A DNA stretch of 64,000 nt from positions 3,520,001 through 3,584,000 of the forward strand of contig CM000155.2 of the NCBI GenBank assembly GCA_000004695.1. Reading direction: 5' to 3'. The notes beneath the pieces were generated by a model. The model was not told where the DNA came from, did no database searches, and saw only the letters and a list, made by a program, of their open reading frames with translations. Source of the stretch: Dictyostelium discoideum (lineage: Eukaryota). Both the position numbers and the translations under genes were made by a program. Shown piece after piece: positions 42,202 through 53,519 of this stretch (position 1 is its first letter; each line of letters begins with the position of its first letter).

Positions 42202-42401
42202 AAATAAAATAAAATAAAATAAAATAAAAATATAATAAAAATAAAAATAAAATAAAAATAAGATATAAATAAAATAAAATAAAAATAAAAATAAGATTGT
42301 TTAAAAAAAAAAAAAAAAGAAACACAACAAATGTTAAATTAAATTTTTTACTTTTACCATATTAAAATTTCACATTTTTCGTGTTTAGGTGTCTGGTATC
42401 G

Positions 42402-42438
<37 letters not shown>

Positions 42439-42547
42439 AAATTAAAAAGATTTTTTGTAAATTGGGACTTTTTTTTTGAATTGGTTTTTGTAAATTGGGA
42501 CAAAAAAAAAAAAAAAAAAACGAACGGTCATTTTGTAAAAATTAAAA

Positions 42548-43694
42548 ATGAAAATTCAAACAACTATATTATTCATTTTTATTTATTGTTATTTTGTAAA
42601 TGCAGACAATTTAGTTGCACTTGAAGGTAATTAAGTTAATTTTAAATTAATTGAAAAAAAAAAAAAAAAAATTAACCATGATTTTTTATTTTTTTATTTT
42701 TACTAAAAAAAACAGTTGATACAACATCAGTTTCAGTAAGAACTTTTCAATATAACGGGGCAGATGGGTCATCAATTTTCCCAGGTAAAAATTTAGTTAA
42801 AATAGCAGGAGCACAACCATTTAGAGTTTCGGCCTATGAAGAATCATATATAGTTTCAGCTATTAAAGGATGGGATTATTATGTTATACTTGCAAATGGA
42901 CAAGATACATTACTTTATGGAATTGATTTACAAACTGGTGAAATTTTTATTAATGGTTATTCACCAGTATGTTTTTTTTTTTTTAGTAAATAATTTTATT
43001 TTTAAAATTTATTATTTATTAATTTAAATTTATTTTTTATTTTATTTTTTAGAATAAACAAATTTTATATATTTATGGTTTAACATATGATTTAAAATCT
43101 AATCAATTAATAGCAGTTTCCTCAATGGAATATGAGGCAGGAGATCCATATTTTGATGTTGTTTTAGTTGACCCAAATACAGGTGAAATTTCCCAAAATT
43201 TAACAATACAAAATTCATATCCAAATAATACATGGTATTCTGGTCTTTATACATCAAGTCAAAGTCAATCACAATTATATATTTTATTCCAAAGTATGGA
43301 TGAAAAAACCAATAATACAATTAGTGGCTTTACAACTATTAATACTATTGATGGTACATTTGTAAATAATGTTTGGATAAATTCAGATAATAATTTTATC
43401 TATAGTTTTGTATTTGATGAAACTAGTGGTATGATATTAGCAACAATGTCACAATATAATGGTAAAAATCTTGATTTTATTTCAATCAATCCAACAAATG
43501 GTGATTATACAGTTATTAGTAGTGATCAAGTTTGTGCTGGCTCTGGTCCTGTTATTATTGATGGTGTTTTCTTAGCACCTGGTAAAGAACCTAAACCAAG
43601 TCATACAGTTTCTTTAGTTGATACTAATTCTGGTAAAATTATTAAAGAATATTTAGATATTTTTATTGATATTTCTTATTTAAATTCTTATTAA
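42548..43694 (+). CDS. secreted protein, 3 exons (42548..42626, 42716..42966, 43053..43694), about 323 aa; beta-rich with repetitive Tyr/Asn/Thr-rich segments
   Basis: ATG at 42548 encodes the signal peptide MKIQTTILFIFIYCYFVNADNLVALEG, then GTAATT. Intron 1 ends in AAAACAG at 42715 (phase 1, G+TT gives Val). Exon 2 ends at CCA|GTATGT (42966). Intron 2 ends in TTTTTTAG at 43052. Exon 3 (NKQILYIYGLTYDLKSNQLIAVSS-MEYEAGDPYF...) is in frame with the track ORF 43125..43694. Confidence 0.55.
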
Positions 43695-43764
43695 AAAAAA
43701 AAAAAAAAAAAATTAAATAAAATAAAAAAAAAAAATTAATTACAAAATAATAACAGTAGTTTAT

Positions 43765-44549
43765 TTATTCGCTAATATTATCAAAACTACTACTATTTGA
43801 AGATTCAGAGTCAATGTCTGATTCAGATTCAGATTCAGATTGAGAAATAGCTTTTTTTAATCTTGAGGCTGGTTTCTTTTTACTTTGTTTTGGTTGAGGT
43901 TTCTTTGGAGGTTTTTTGGGAGTTATATCCATTCTATCTATATCACTAATTTCAGAAGATTGATCACTTTCTGATGATTGTTCACTTTCAGATGATTTTT
44001 TCTTTTGAACTGGTTGTCTTTTTCTTGATGGTACCATTGGTTTTGAGATTGGTTTTTTGGGTGTAATTATCATTCTATCTTCATCATCACCACTCTCTTC
44101 ATCTTCCTCTTCACTACTTTCCTCACTTTCTTCTTCTTCACTACTTTGATATTTCTTTCTTGAAGGAGCTCTTTTTTTAGCAGGTGCTTTCTTTGAAGGT
44201 TTTAAAGGTGGTTTTTGAATTGATTGAGATGTAGTAGTAGTGGAAGAGGTACCACTACTATTACCATCTGTCTCTTGAACTAATTGAACTGTTTCACCTA
44301 ATGTTAATTGACTACGTGCAGTATTTATTTTTTTCTCAATTTCATCGACCAACTGTTTAATTTCAGAAGTTTTTGTAAGATTTGGTTGTTTTTTTGTTTT
44401 ACTAATTGATATCATTAAATTATTATAAATTTCATTATCATTTAATTTATCTTGATAAAGTTTAAAATGTTCTATTAATTTCTTTAAACTTTTATCATTA
44501 TAATTTAATAATTGTAAACAAAATGAAATATTTTGTGATTCACTAATAC
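43765..44549 (-). CDS. condensin CAP-D2 C-terminal exon (Lys/Ser/Glu-rich tail with CK2-type acidic Ser clusters and basic NLS-like runs)
   Basis: Canonical donor AAAAA|GTAAGTTTAG (G at 44629), 80-nt intron 44550..44629, acceptor TTATTTAG at 44551/44550. The phase-1 junction A+GT gives Ser, in frame with the 216-aa ORF, whose frame is open upstream to the acceptor (...TSKS-ISESQNISFCLQLLNYNDKSLKKLIEHFKLYQDKLNDNEIYNNLMISISKTKK...). Confidence 0.55.
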
Positions 44550-44629
44550 CTAAATAAAATAAATAAAATAAAATACAATTAATTAATAATTTGATTTTTT
44601 TTTTTTTTTTTTTTTACACTAAACTTACT

Positions 44630-47600
44630 TTTTGAAGTTTTAAATCTTTGTAATAATTTATCAATTAAAGTTTCAGATTGTTTATCTTTTTCAATAAAAG
44701 AGAATAAATATTTTAAAATATTTTTAATTGAATCTTTTGAAATATTATTTAAATTACTTGTAACGGTTGAAGCAGGAGTAATTTTACCAATGATATCAGG
44801 TAAAGAATTATAAAGGTTATTACCTTTTGAAGCTAAAGTTGAAAAGAATAACTTTGCAATATTTGAAATACGAATATCAGAATCTTCCAAACAAATTGCC
44901 ATTTCGCTAATTTGACCTTTAACTTTAATCATATCATTTAAAATTAAATGAGTGAGAACCATTAAAGAATTTTTTCTAGCATCTGCATTTGGATCTCTTA
45001 ATCTTGAATAAATTTTTGAAGTCCATGGTTCGACTAAATTTGGAAATCTAAAAGCTAAATCACCTAATCCAATGATAATATTTGATCTAATCACTTCAAT
45101 TGATGACTTTTCCAAGAGAGTGAAAAGTAATTGAAGATTTGATTCACAAAAGTTTGAATCAACACACATAAATTTTGATAAAGTTAAAACTGCACTTGTT
45201 TGTAATAATTGATTTGGGAATTGTTCATTTGAAAAGATTTCATTATAATTATAACAAATTGAAACAACCAATTGAGAATATTTTCCAATTAAATTATTTT
45301 CAGATAAAATATCAGATTCTGCTTGAATTTGAATTGCTTCAGATTCTGCTTCTGCTTCTGCTTGATCAGTACCTAATTCTTTTTCAATATCTGTTTTCTT
45401 TTTATTATTGTTATTATTATTTTTTGATTGTTTTGATTGTTCATATTGAATTCTTTTAATTTCAGATTGAATTTCTTCAACATAAACCAATTGTTTAATT
45501 GCAATATGACCTAAAATAAATATTAATTTTGATAAACAATATTGATTAGTTTCACCATTTTCATCTAAAACTTGATCTGATAATTTCTTTATAATTTCAC
45601 TTGAAATTAAATCTGGTTGTTCAGCTAAAATATAAATTGTATTAATTACTTGTTCTGCAAACATAAACCATTTTGAATTTTTAATATCATTATCAATATT
45701 ATCATTTGTTGTTGTTGTTGTTGTTGTTGTTGAACAAATATGATAAATTAAACGTTCAAATAATGATTGATTATTTTTAAAACGTGGTAAAATTTGATCA
45801 GTTTCTTTTAAACCTTTTGATCTTAATTTTTGAAGAGTTATACAAGTATAACGTGGTAAAAATTCATCATCTTGTTCTTCTAAACCAATTGAAACCAACA
45901 AATTAACTTTATCTTTAACAACGGAAGAATTATTATTTGAAATCATTGATAAGATAATTAAAGCTCCACGACTATCTTGTTTATTGAAATTTACAACCTT
46001 TCCAGAGAAAATATCCCAGAGTGCTTTTATTATATCTTGATCTATTAAATCTTTTTTAGTGAATTCAATCATTAATTCCTCTAAAGATGTAATTTCACCC
46101 AATGTTGCAGTTGTAGTTAAATCGATTAAATTCTTTGCAATATAATAACTTGATTTTAATGTTGATTTAACTTTTTCTCTTGTATCTTTAATTAATAGTT
46201 CATGAAATGATCTAATTGTACTCTCTTTAATTGATTGTTCTTTATTCCAAATTAATGCCAACATTTTAGTGATTGCTTCTTTTGATTTATCAATTTGATA
46301 TTTATGTGCAACTTGAATGAAATGAACAGATTCTAAAATATCAGAAGGATTAACACTACCCATTAATTGACACATTGTATCAATTGTACTGTTTATAATT
46401 TTTATAAATTTACAAGAACTATCTAAATATTTATTTAAATGCTCTAAATATAATGGTAATCTATGTGGTGAAAATTCTTTAATTCCTGAAAATGGTACTA
46501 ACATTGATATTAAATCAAAAAATTGTTCTTTATTTAATTTAATATCTTCAAAAATTTGTTTTTCTGTAATTTCTTCTTCTTCTTCTTCTTCTTCTCCATC
46601 TTCCTCTTCTTTCTCTTTTTTCTCTTCTTCTTCTTTTTGTTGTTGTTGTTGTTGTTCAAATTCCATATTATCATCTGGTACTTGTTGTGAATTTAATAAA
46701 TCATCTTCATTATTATTATTATTATTATTTTTTAATTTTTTTGATTTTTTTAATAATTCTTTCTTTTTCTTTAAATTATAAAATGATAATTTAATAAAAG
46801 AAGCTAATTTTTCTTTTTTATCTTTAAATAACAAAGTTGGTAAATGAGGTGAATATGGATTTGATTCTAAAATATCAGATAATAAAAGAATTGCTCTTTT
46901 TCTAACCAAAGAATTTTTATCAGAAACACGTTCAATTGCAATCTTTGTTAATTGAATATAACTTTCTTTTGGTACCCAATTATTATTTACCAATAATGAT
47001 AAAGTTTTTAAAACACTACTTCTACAATAACCATTAATATCTCTACAACGTTCAAATAAAATATGTAATAATTCTGATTGATCTGATTCATTCTTTTTTT
47101 GATTTTCAACTTCTTCCTCTTCTTCTTGTTCAGATTTTTTATCTTTATTATTGCTTTCAACTTTATTTAAAGCTTTACCAATTAAAAAACCAATTGATTC
47201 AGTTACAGCATTACGCATTAAATATGATTCAGAATCTAAATGAGCCAATAATAAACTAACGAATGGTAAAACTATTTTTGGTAAACGATCAGTTAATTCT
47301 GATAAAAATTTTGCTAAATTTTTAAAACCACTTGTATCACGTTGTTCTTTTTGTTTACCAATTTCTCTAATAATATCTGAAATTAAAAATGTAGTTTGAT
47401 TCTTTTGTTGTTGATTTGTTGATTGTGAATAAATATTTTGTTGTTGTTGTTGTTGCTGATGCTTTTGTTGTTGTTGTTGATAATCATAAATAAATTCATA
47501 AAGGTCAGCACAATGTGAAGGCAAAGATTCATGATTATGTAAAAGATGAATAATTTTACTTGTGAAATTAAAGGAATGATTATAACGTAAAATTAAAATT

Positions 47601-47971
47601 GATAAAACTTCAAAAATTAATTTCTTTACACCTTTACTACGTAAGTTTGCTGGTTGTTCAATCATTGCATAAATAATTTTTGAGAGTAAATTTATAAATT
47701 CTTCTTCTGGATAATCTAATCTCCAAAGTGTTGATAAATTTAATTCTAAACAATTTATAATTGATGTTAATATTGCTTCTTTTTGTTCTTCTTGTTCCCA
47801 AGTATCTAAAACTGAAGAATTTTTTTTTTTTGTTGATTTCTTTTTACTAGTTATTGATGCTGTTTCATTATTATTTTCTGATGTTGATTTTGATGATTCC
47901 TTTGTTGTTGATGATGAGTGTTGATATGATATATAATGTTCTAAAAAAATATATACATTTTTAATGAATTT
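44630..47971 (-). CDS. condensin complex subunit 1 (CAP-D2/Cnd1/Ycs4), main exon
   Basis: Cnd1 domain EVIRSNIIIGLGDLAFRFPNLVEPWTSKIYSRLRDPNADARKNSLMVLTHLILNDMIKVKGQISEMAICLEDSDIRISNIAKLFF... aligns closely with human NCAPD2 VRSNLMVTLGDLAIRFPNLVDPWTPHLYARLRDP...THLILKDMVKVKGQVSEMAVLL. N-proximal ILTSIINCLELNLSTLWRLDYPEEEFINLLSKIIYAM...LSILILRYNH matches NCAPD2 IIGAVLRLLQLPLRSLWS...EEFVSLV...LGVALTRYNH. The frame is open upstream of the track Met (47665) to 47971. Confidence 0.7.
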
Positions 47972-47987
47972 CTATATAATAAACATT

Positions 47988-48484
47988 TTAATTTAAAACT
48001 TTCATTATTTTGTGAATATTAATTTCTTCATCATCAATATCTTCATTGTTATCATTATCATTATCATTATCTTGTTGACCCCTATTTTTATGATTTTTTA
48101 TTTTATTTTGAAATTCTTTATTAATTGTTGATGTTAAATTGGTTATACCATATTTTAAAATTTTAATAATTTGATTCCTTTGATCTGCTGTTAATTTACT
48201 AATATTTAATAAATAAGAAAATAATAAATCAAAAAATTGAGTGATCAACTATATCACTTGAATTTTTTTTAAATTTTTCATAAATTACTATTTAAAAAAA
48301 AAAAATTTATTAATAAAAAACAAAATAAAATTAAATAAAGTAAAATAAAATAATTACAGTTTAAATTTGATAAAATTGTATTTTCATTTTGTGAATTTAC
48401 ATCTATTATCTTTTTAATGGAATATTTATCACTTGATGATAGTGATATATCTTCAAAATGTATTGGTATTTGAAATTCTAACAT
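47988..48484 (-). CDS. condensin CAP-D2 N-terminal exons (approximately 48278..48484 and 47988..48248); exact junctions unresolved
   Basis: MLEFQIPIHFEDISLSSSDKYSIKKIID resembles the NCAPD2 start (M..YEFHLPL...). ITQFFDLLFSYLLNISKLTADQRNQIIKIL resembles NCAPD2 QHFDTIYSILHHFR. A phase-0 donor GAT|GTAAAT and acceptor ATATAG|TTG are plausible for the first intron. The junction to the main exon near 47971..47990 needs a frame change I could not place on a plausible intron. Confidence 0.4.
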
Positions 48485-48642
48485 TTACATATACACTTTA
48501 TTGTGTTGGATTGAAATAATTGAAAAAAAAAAAAAAACTTTTTTTTCAAAAAAAAAAAAAAAAAAAAAAAACCAATGACAATGAAAAAAAAAAAAAATTT
48601 TTAATTAATTTTTGTAAATGGCGCGATTTGGTGTTTTGTTTT

Positions 48643-49777
48643 TTTTTTTAATTTGAAAAAATTTGCCGCCAAAATTTTAAATGAATAATTTAATATATTT
48701 TTAAAAATGGGGGTGTTTTGTTTTTGTTTTAAAATAAAAATAAAAGTTAAAAATAAAAATTAGAAAAAATCTTTTTTTTTTTATTTTTTATTTTTTTATT
48801 TTTATTTTTTTTTTTGGTATGGGTTGGTTTTTTGATTAAAAAAAAAAATGAAATATCTAAAAATATTAATAATTGTTACAATTTTTTTTTTATTAATATC
48901 ACAATTTGATCAACTCTATTGGGATATTGAATTGAATTCATTTAAAGATTTGGTGCAACTGATTCCGCTGTTCCTTGTTCAATGTTAATAGATTTATCAA
49001 TTTCTTTACAATCTGAAATTAAAAAATCAAAAAGTAAATCTATTAATATATTTTTTAGTGTTTTATCTTTATCCATCCATATTTTTTTTTTAATTATCCA
49101 ATTTGGATATCCATCTTTTATAAAATTTTATTCAATTTTTTTTTAAAGCTATTGTTGGTGCGAAATGAAAGATATTTTTGTTTTTTTTTGTGTGAAGGTA
49201 TTTAACAAATTTTTTAAAAAAAAAAAAAAAACAAAATAAAATAAAATAAAAAATAAAAAAAAAAATAATATAAAAAAAAAAATAAAAATTTGTGATAATA
49301 AAGATATTTTAAGGTTGGCCAATTATAGATTATTTTTAATTTTTCTATGCAATAAACCGAAATTGAGCTATTATTTAAACTGAAAAATTTTGAGAAAATG
49401 AAAATATAAGGGGTCCCAAAAAAAAAATAAAAAAAAGAGGCGAGAAACTCACCAATAATAATAATAATAATTTTAGAAAAATTCTGATTATATTTTTTGA
49501 TGGTGAAGAAGCATTTAAAGAATGGAGTGATACAGATTCATTATATGGTTCCAGACATTTAGCAAATTTATTATTGGATAAAAAAGTAATTACCAAAGAT
49601 AATGAGGATTTACCAATTAGTAGTAGCTTTTATAATACAGTTGAGGCTTTTATATCATTGGATTTATTGAGTACTCCAAATCCAAGATTTTATATGTTTA
49701 ATAAAAAAACTGAATCATTATTTAAAAAATTATCCAATATTGAAGATAAATTATCTTTAAAAAGATTGTAAGTGTTT

Positions 49778-49811
<34 letters not shown>

Positions 49812-50195
49812 CTAATTTTAATTTTCATATTTAAAAACAAAAAAAAAATAGTATAAGTCCAAAAGCAAATAAATACTTTCAAAATCATTTTATTGGTTCA
49901 GATATTCAATATGATCATATACCATTTTTAAACTATGTACCAACATTTATTATTCCTTACCCATTTCCAAATGTTTGGCACACTGAAAAAGATGATGAAC
50001 CTTATTTAGATAAAAATACAATCGAAGATTTATTAAAAATATTTGAAATATTTTTTGGTTCTTATTTGATATAAAAAAAATAAAAAATAAAAAACAAAGG
50101 AATAAAAAATAGTAAATACATGTGTTTAAATATGTTTGAATGTTTTTTTTTTTTTTATTATTTTTTTTTTTATAATTAACTAATTTTCAAACAGC
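48643..50195. repeat. segmental duplication copy A (about 1.55 kb) of the glutaminyl-cyclase locus
   Basis: Near-identical stretches shared with 51132..52862, for example TTGAAAAAATTTGCCGCCAAAATTTTAAA (48643 vs 51132) and exons 2 and 3 with their flanks. The copies are offset by about 2,489 bp. Confidence 0.75.
48848..50074 (+). pseudogene. glutaminyl-peptide cyclotransferase pseudogene (copy A): exon 1 with two internal deletions, 1-nt deletion at the exon-2 acceptor; exons 2 and 3 otherwise intact
   Basis: Copy A exon 1 (48848..~49050) keeps MKYLKILIIVTIFF...QFDQLYWDIEL.SFKD...TDSAVPCSMLIDL but lacks the equivalents of 51445..51647 and 51701..51878. At the exon-2 start, AAAAATTCTGATTAT replaces AAAAATTAATGATTAT, which is 1 nt shorter. 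Confidence 0.6.
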
Positions 50196-50762
50196 ACAAA
50201 CATTATTAATATCAATTTTAACTTCATCTAACATCTTATCTATAACATTTAAATGTTTTGGTAAAGAGCCTTTATATTGTTGTACTATAACCACAATATC
50301 ATTAATAGATGCCTCATCTTCACCATCATGTATTATAGTATTACGTTCATCTTTTAATTTTCTTATTTCCTCGAGATCTATTTGGTGGTTTGTTTTGGCA
50401 AACTCAACAAACTTTGAGTGTTTATTGAACTCGTGTTTGAATCTGTTCCATTTGAACAATTTTGCGGTCTGTTCTGTTTTGAATTTCGATTTGAGTTGGG
50501 GTAATAATATATTTCCAAGATAATAATTTGCCATTAATGAAGAACGTGCATATGCAATTAATTGTTTTTCTTCTTCTGTTTTAGGTTTATTTTTATCATA
50601 TAAATTATTTCTATAAAAAGGATTTCCTACTGTAAAAGCATTGATTTTGTCATGAAGTTTTTTCATCTCTTTGTCTCTTTCTTCTCCTTTAAACAATAAA
50701 TCAGATACTGATGATTTTAACCCATCTATTTGTGTTTTTAAATTGGTATTTTCGGTTGTCAT
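50187..50762 (-). CDS. hypothetical 191-aa protein (Lys/Glu-rich, coiled-coil N-terminus), single-copy gene between the two duplication copies
   Basis: Clean ORF with A/T-rich flanks. No recognisable domain. Confidence 0.4.
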   Translation of the reverse strand: MTTENTNLKTQIDGLKSSVSDLLFKGEERDKEMKKLHDKINAFTVGNPFYRNNLYDKNKPKTEEEKQLIAYARSSLMANYYLGNILLPQLKSKFKTEQTAKLFKWNRFKHEFNKHSKFVEFAKTNHQIDLEEIRKLKDERNTIIHDGEDEASINDIVVIVQQYKGSLPKHLNVIDKMLDEVKIDINNVCAV

Positions 50763-51397
50763 TTTGTGTATATAAAATTAGTGTGTGAAAAAAAAAAAAT
50801 AAAAAAAAAAAATAAAAAAAAATAATAAGAAAATCTAAAAAAAGTTACTTGTTTTTTTCTCAAAACTAATAAGAATTTATTTATTTTTTAACCTATTTTT
50901 GTAATAATTTTTCATACAAAAAATAAACTATAATTTTTTTTTTTTTACTTTTAGATAAATCTCACTGCCAATTAGGAACGTTCCAAATTCGAAAATGGGT
51001 TAGTTAATTTTAATGTTCATAAAAGGAAATTATAAAAATAAACTAAATTTAAAAATAATAAAATTTTTTTAAAATTAAACAACCAATTTTACACCCTGTT
51101 TTGTTATTTATTTTGAACTAAATTTTTTTTTTTTTTTTAAGTTGAAAAAATTTGCCGCCAAAATTTTAAAGAATAATTAAATATATTTTTAAAGATGGGG
51201 TGTTATGGTGTTTTTTTTTTTTGTTTTAAAATAAAAGTTAAATAAACAATTAAAAAAAATCTTTTTTTACTTTCTTTTTTTTTTTTTATTTTTTTTTTAT
51301 TTTTATTTTTTTTAATTTTTATTTTTTTTTTTTTTTTTATTTTTTAGTTTTTTTTTTTGGTTGGATTAGTTTTTGATTAAAAAAAAAAAAAAAAAAA

Positions 51398-52028
51398 ATG
51401 AAATATCTAAAAATATTAATAATTGTTACAATTTTTTTTTTTTTATTAATAAATGTGATTAATTGTATTGATAGAAAAGAGATAGTACAAAAAGAAGTGA
51501 AAATTAAATTTAAAAATTTAAAATCCACATTAATAAAGAAATATAGTGAATCAAATATGGAAAAAATTCAAAAACATTTAAAACATATATTGGTTGAAAG
51601 AGTTGCCGATACTCCAAACCATAAAAAAGTTAGAGAATATATAATATCACAATTTGATCAACTCTATTGGGATATTGAATTGGATTCATTTAAAGATAAT
51701 ACTCCATTTGGTGAGAAAACTTTTACAAATATAATTGTAACATCAAAATTTGTTAATGATGATGATGAAGATGATATTGACACAAAAGAAAGCAATGGTA
51801 ACATATCAAGTGAACCACCAAAAACATTAGTACTATCAGCTCACTATGATTCTAAATATTTTAAAGAATTTAAATTCTTTGGTGCAACTGATTCCGCTGT
51901 TCCTTGTTCAATGTTAATAGATTTAGCAATTTCTTTACAATCTGAAATTAAAAAATCAAAGAGTAAATATATTAATATATATTTTTTTAAAAAAAAAATA
52001 AAATAATAATTAAAAAAAAACTTTTTAC

Positions 52029-52104
<76 letters not shown>

Positions 52105-52408
52105 TTTAGAAAAATTAATGATTATATTTTTTGATGGTGAAGAAGCATTTAAAGAATGGAGTGACACAGATTCATTATATGGTTCCAGACATTTAGCAAA
52201 TTTATTATTGGATAAAAAAGTAATTACCAAAGATAATGAAGATTTACCAATTAGTAGTAGTTTTTATAATACAGTTGAGGCTTTTATATTATTGGATTTA
52301 TTGGGTACTCCAAATCCAAGATTTTATATGTTTAATAAAAAAACTGAATCATTATTTAAAAAATTATCTGATATTGAAGATAAATTATCTTTAAAAAGAT
52401 TGTAAGTG

Positions 52409-52476
<68 letters not shown>

Positions 52477-52734
52477 TATAATAATAATATTTAAAACAAA
52501 AAAAATAGTATAAGTCCAAAAGCAAATAAATACTTTCAAAATCATTTTATTGGTTCAGATATTCAAGATGATCATATACCATTTTTAAACTATGTACCAA
52601 CATTACATATTATTCCTTACCCATTTCCAAATGTTTGGCACACTGAAAAAGATGATGAATCTTGTTTAGATAAAAATACAATTGAAGATTTATCAAAAAT
52701 ATTTAAAATATTTGTTGGTTCTTATTTAATATAA
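51398..52734 (+). CDS. glutaminyl-peptide cyclotransferase (glutaminyl cyclase, M28-family fold), 3 exons: 51398..51962, 52110..52401, 52509..52734
   Basis: Signal peptide, then [30 protein letters not shown]...[10 protein letters not shown] and DDHIPFLNYVPTLHIIPYPFPNVWHTEKDDESCLDKNTIEDLSKIFKIFV, which align with human QPCT ([54 protein letters not shown]...NLNKILQVFV). Junctions are AAG A|GTAAAT...TTTTAG|AA (phase 1) and AGATT|GTAAGTG...AAAATAG|T (phase 2). All three exons are in frame. Confidence 0.8.
52031..52104. repeat. (ATA)n microsatellite (about 25 units) inside glutaminyl-cyclase intron 1
   Basis: Direct reading. Confidence 0.9.
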
Positions 52735-52787
52735 AATAAATAAAAAATTAAAAATTAAAAAAAGTAAATACATGTATTTAAATGTTG

Positions 52788-52824
<37 letters not shown>

Positions 52825-52843
52825 TTTTAATTTTATTTTATAA

Positions 52844-53197
52844 TTAACTAATTTTTAAACCATTTTCAATTTTTGAATCTGGTGATAATAAAATTACATC
52901 TCCTTCTTCTTTACCTAATGCACCTAATACTAAACATTCAGACATAAATTTTCTACCAATTTGTTTCTTTGGAAAATTTACAACGGCAACAATTTGACGA
53001 TTTACTAAATCTTCTTTATTATATCTCTTTGTAATTTGTGCCGAGGATTTACGAATTCCAATGGTTTCACCAAAATCAATGGTTAATTGGTAGGCAGGTT
53101 TTCTTGCTTCTGGGAAATCATCAACTTGGATTATTGTTCCAACTCTCATATCCACTCTTTCAAATTCCTCCCATTTTAAATCTCTTTTATCTTCCAT
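52844..53197 (-). CDS. tRNA-binding domain protein (CsaA/Trbp111/EMAP-II-like OB fold), 117 aa
   Basis: DMRVGTIIQVDDFPEARKPAYQLTIDFGE...RQIVAVVNFPKKQIGRKFMSECLVLGA fits the tRNA_bind (Myf) domain pattern (DLRVGKI...HP.A..LYV..VD.GE...QIVSG......G..V.VV.NL.P.K..G..S.GMLL). Confidence 0.65.
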   Translation of the reverse strand: MEDKRDLKWEEFERVDMRVGTIIQVDDFPEARKPAYQLTIDFGETIGIRKSSAQITKRYNKEDLVNRQIVAVVNFPKKQIGRKFMSECLVLGALGKEEGDVILLSPDSKIENGLKIS

Positions 53198-53519
53198 TGT
53201 TTTTTTTTTTTTTTTTTAAGTCTTTTTAAATTAAATGCCAAATTGGATTTTTAATTTTTAATTTTTTGTTTCGAAACTAAACAAAAAAAAAAATAAAAAT
53301 AAAAAAATAAAAATAAAAAAAAAAAATAAAAAAAAAAAATAAAAATAAAAAAAAAAAAAAAATAAATTAATATTCTGGAATAAGAAAATCTAAAAAAAGA
53401 TACTTGTTTTTTTCTCAAATTAACGAATTTTTTAAAAAATTTATAATATAAAACCTACTATTTTTCTAATAATTTTTACCTTTCATACCAAAAAAAAACA
53501 AACAATTTTAATTTATTTA

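Larger units (their letters stand above)
51132..52862. repeat. segmental duplication copy B (about 1.7 kb) containing the intact glutaminyl-cyclase gene
   Basis: See copy A. Confidence 0.75.

Noticed and set aside
42203-42300. (AAAATAAAAT)n-like low-complexity array downstream of 42201, considered as a possible minisatellite or regulatory repeat.
   Set aside because: It is an imperfect A-rich simple sequence typical of 3' intergenic DNA here, with no higher-order periodicity worth a separate call.
47940-47990. A 28-nt intron (AAA|GTTTTAAAT…TATATAG|AAA) that would join the condensin N-terminal exon to the main exon in frame.
   Set aside because: It is far shorter than any plausible spliceosomal intron (typical here 70-100 nt). 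The junction is left unresolved and flagged instead.
49375-49596. 73-aa and 128-aa minus-strand ORFs (49375..49596, 51844..52230) beginning [22 protein letters not shown]...
   Set aside because: They are antisense to exon 2 of the glutaminyl-cyclase gene and pseudogene. They are duplicated only because the locus is duplicated.
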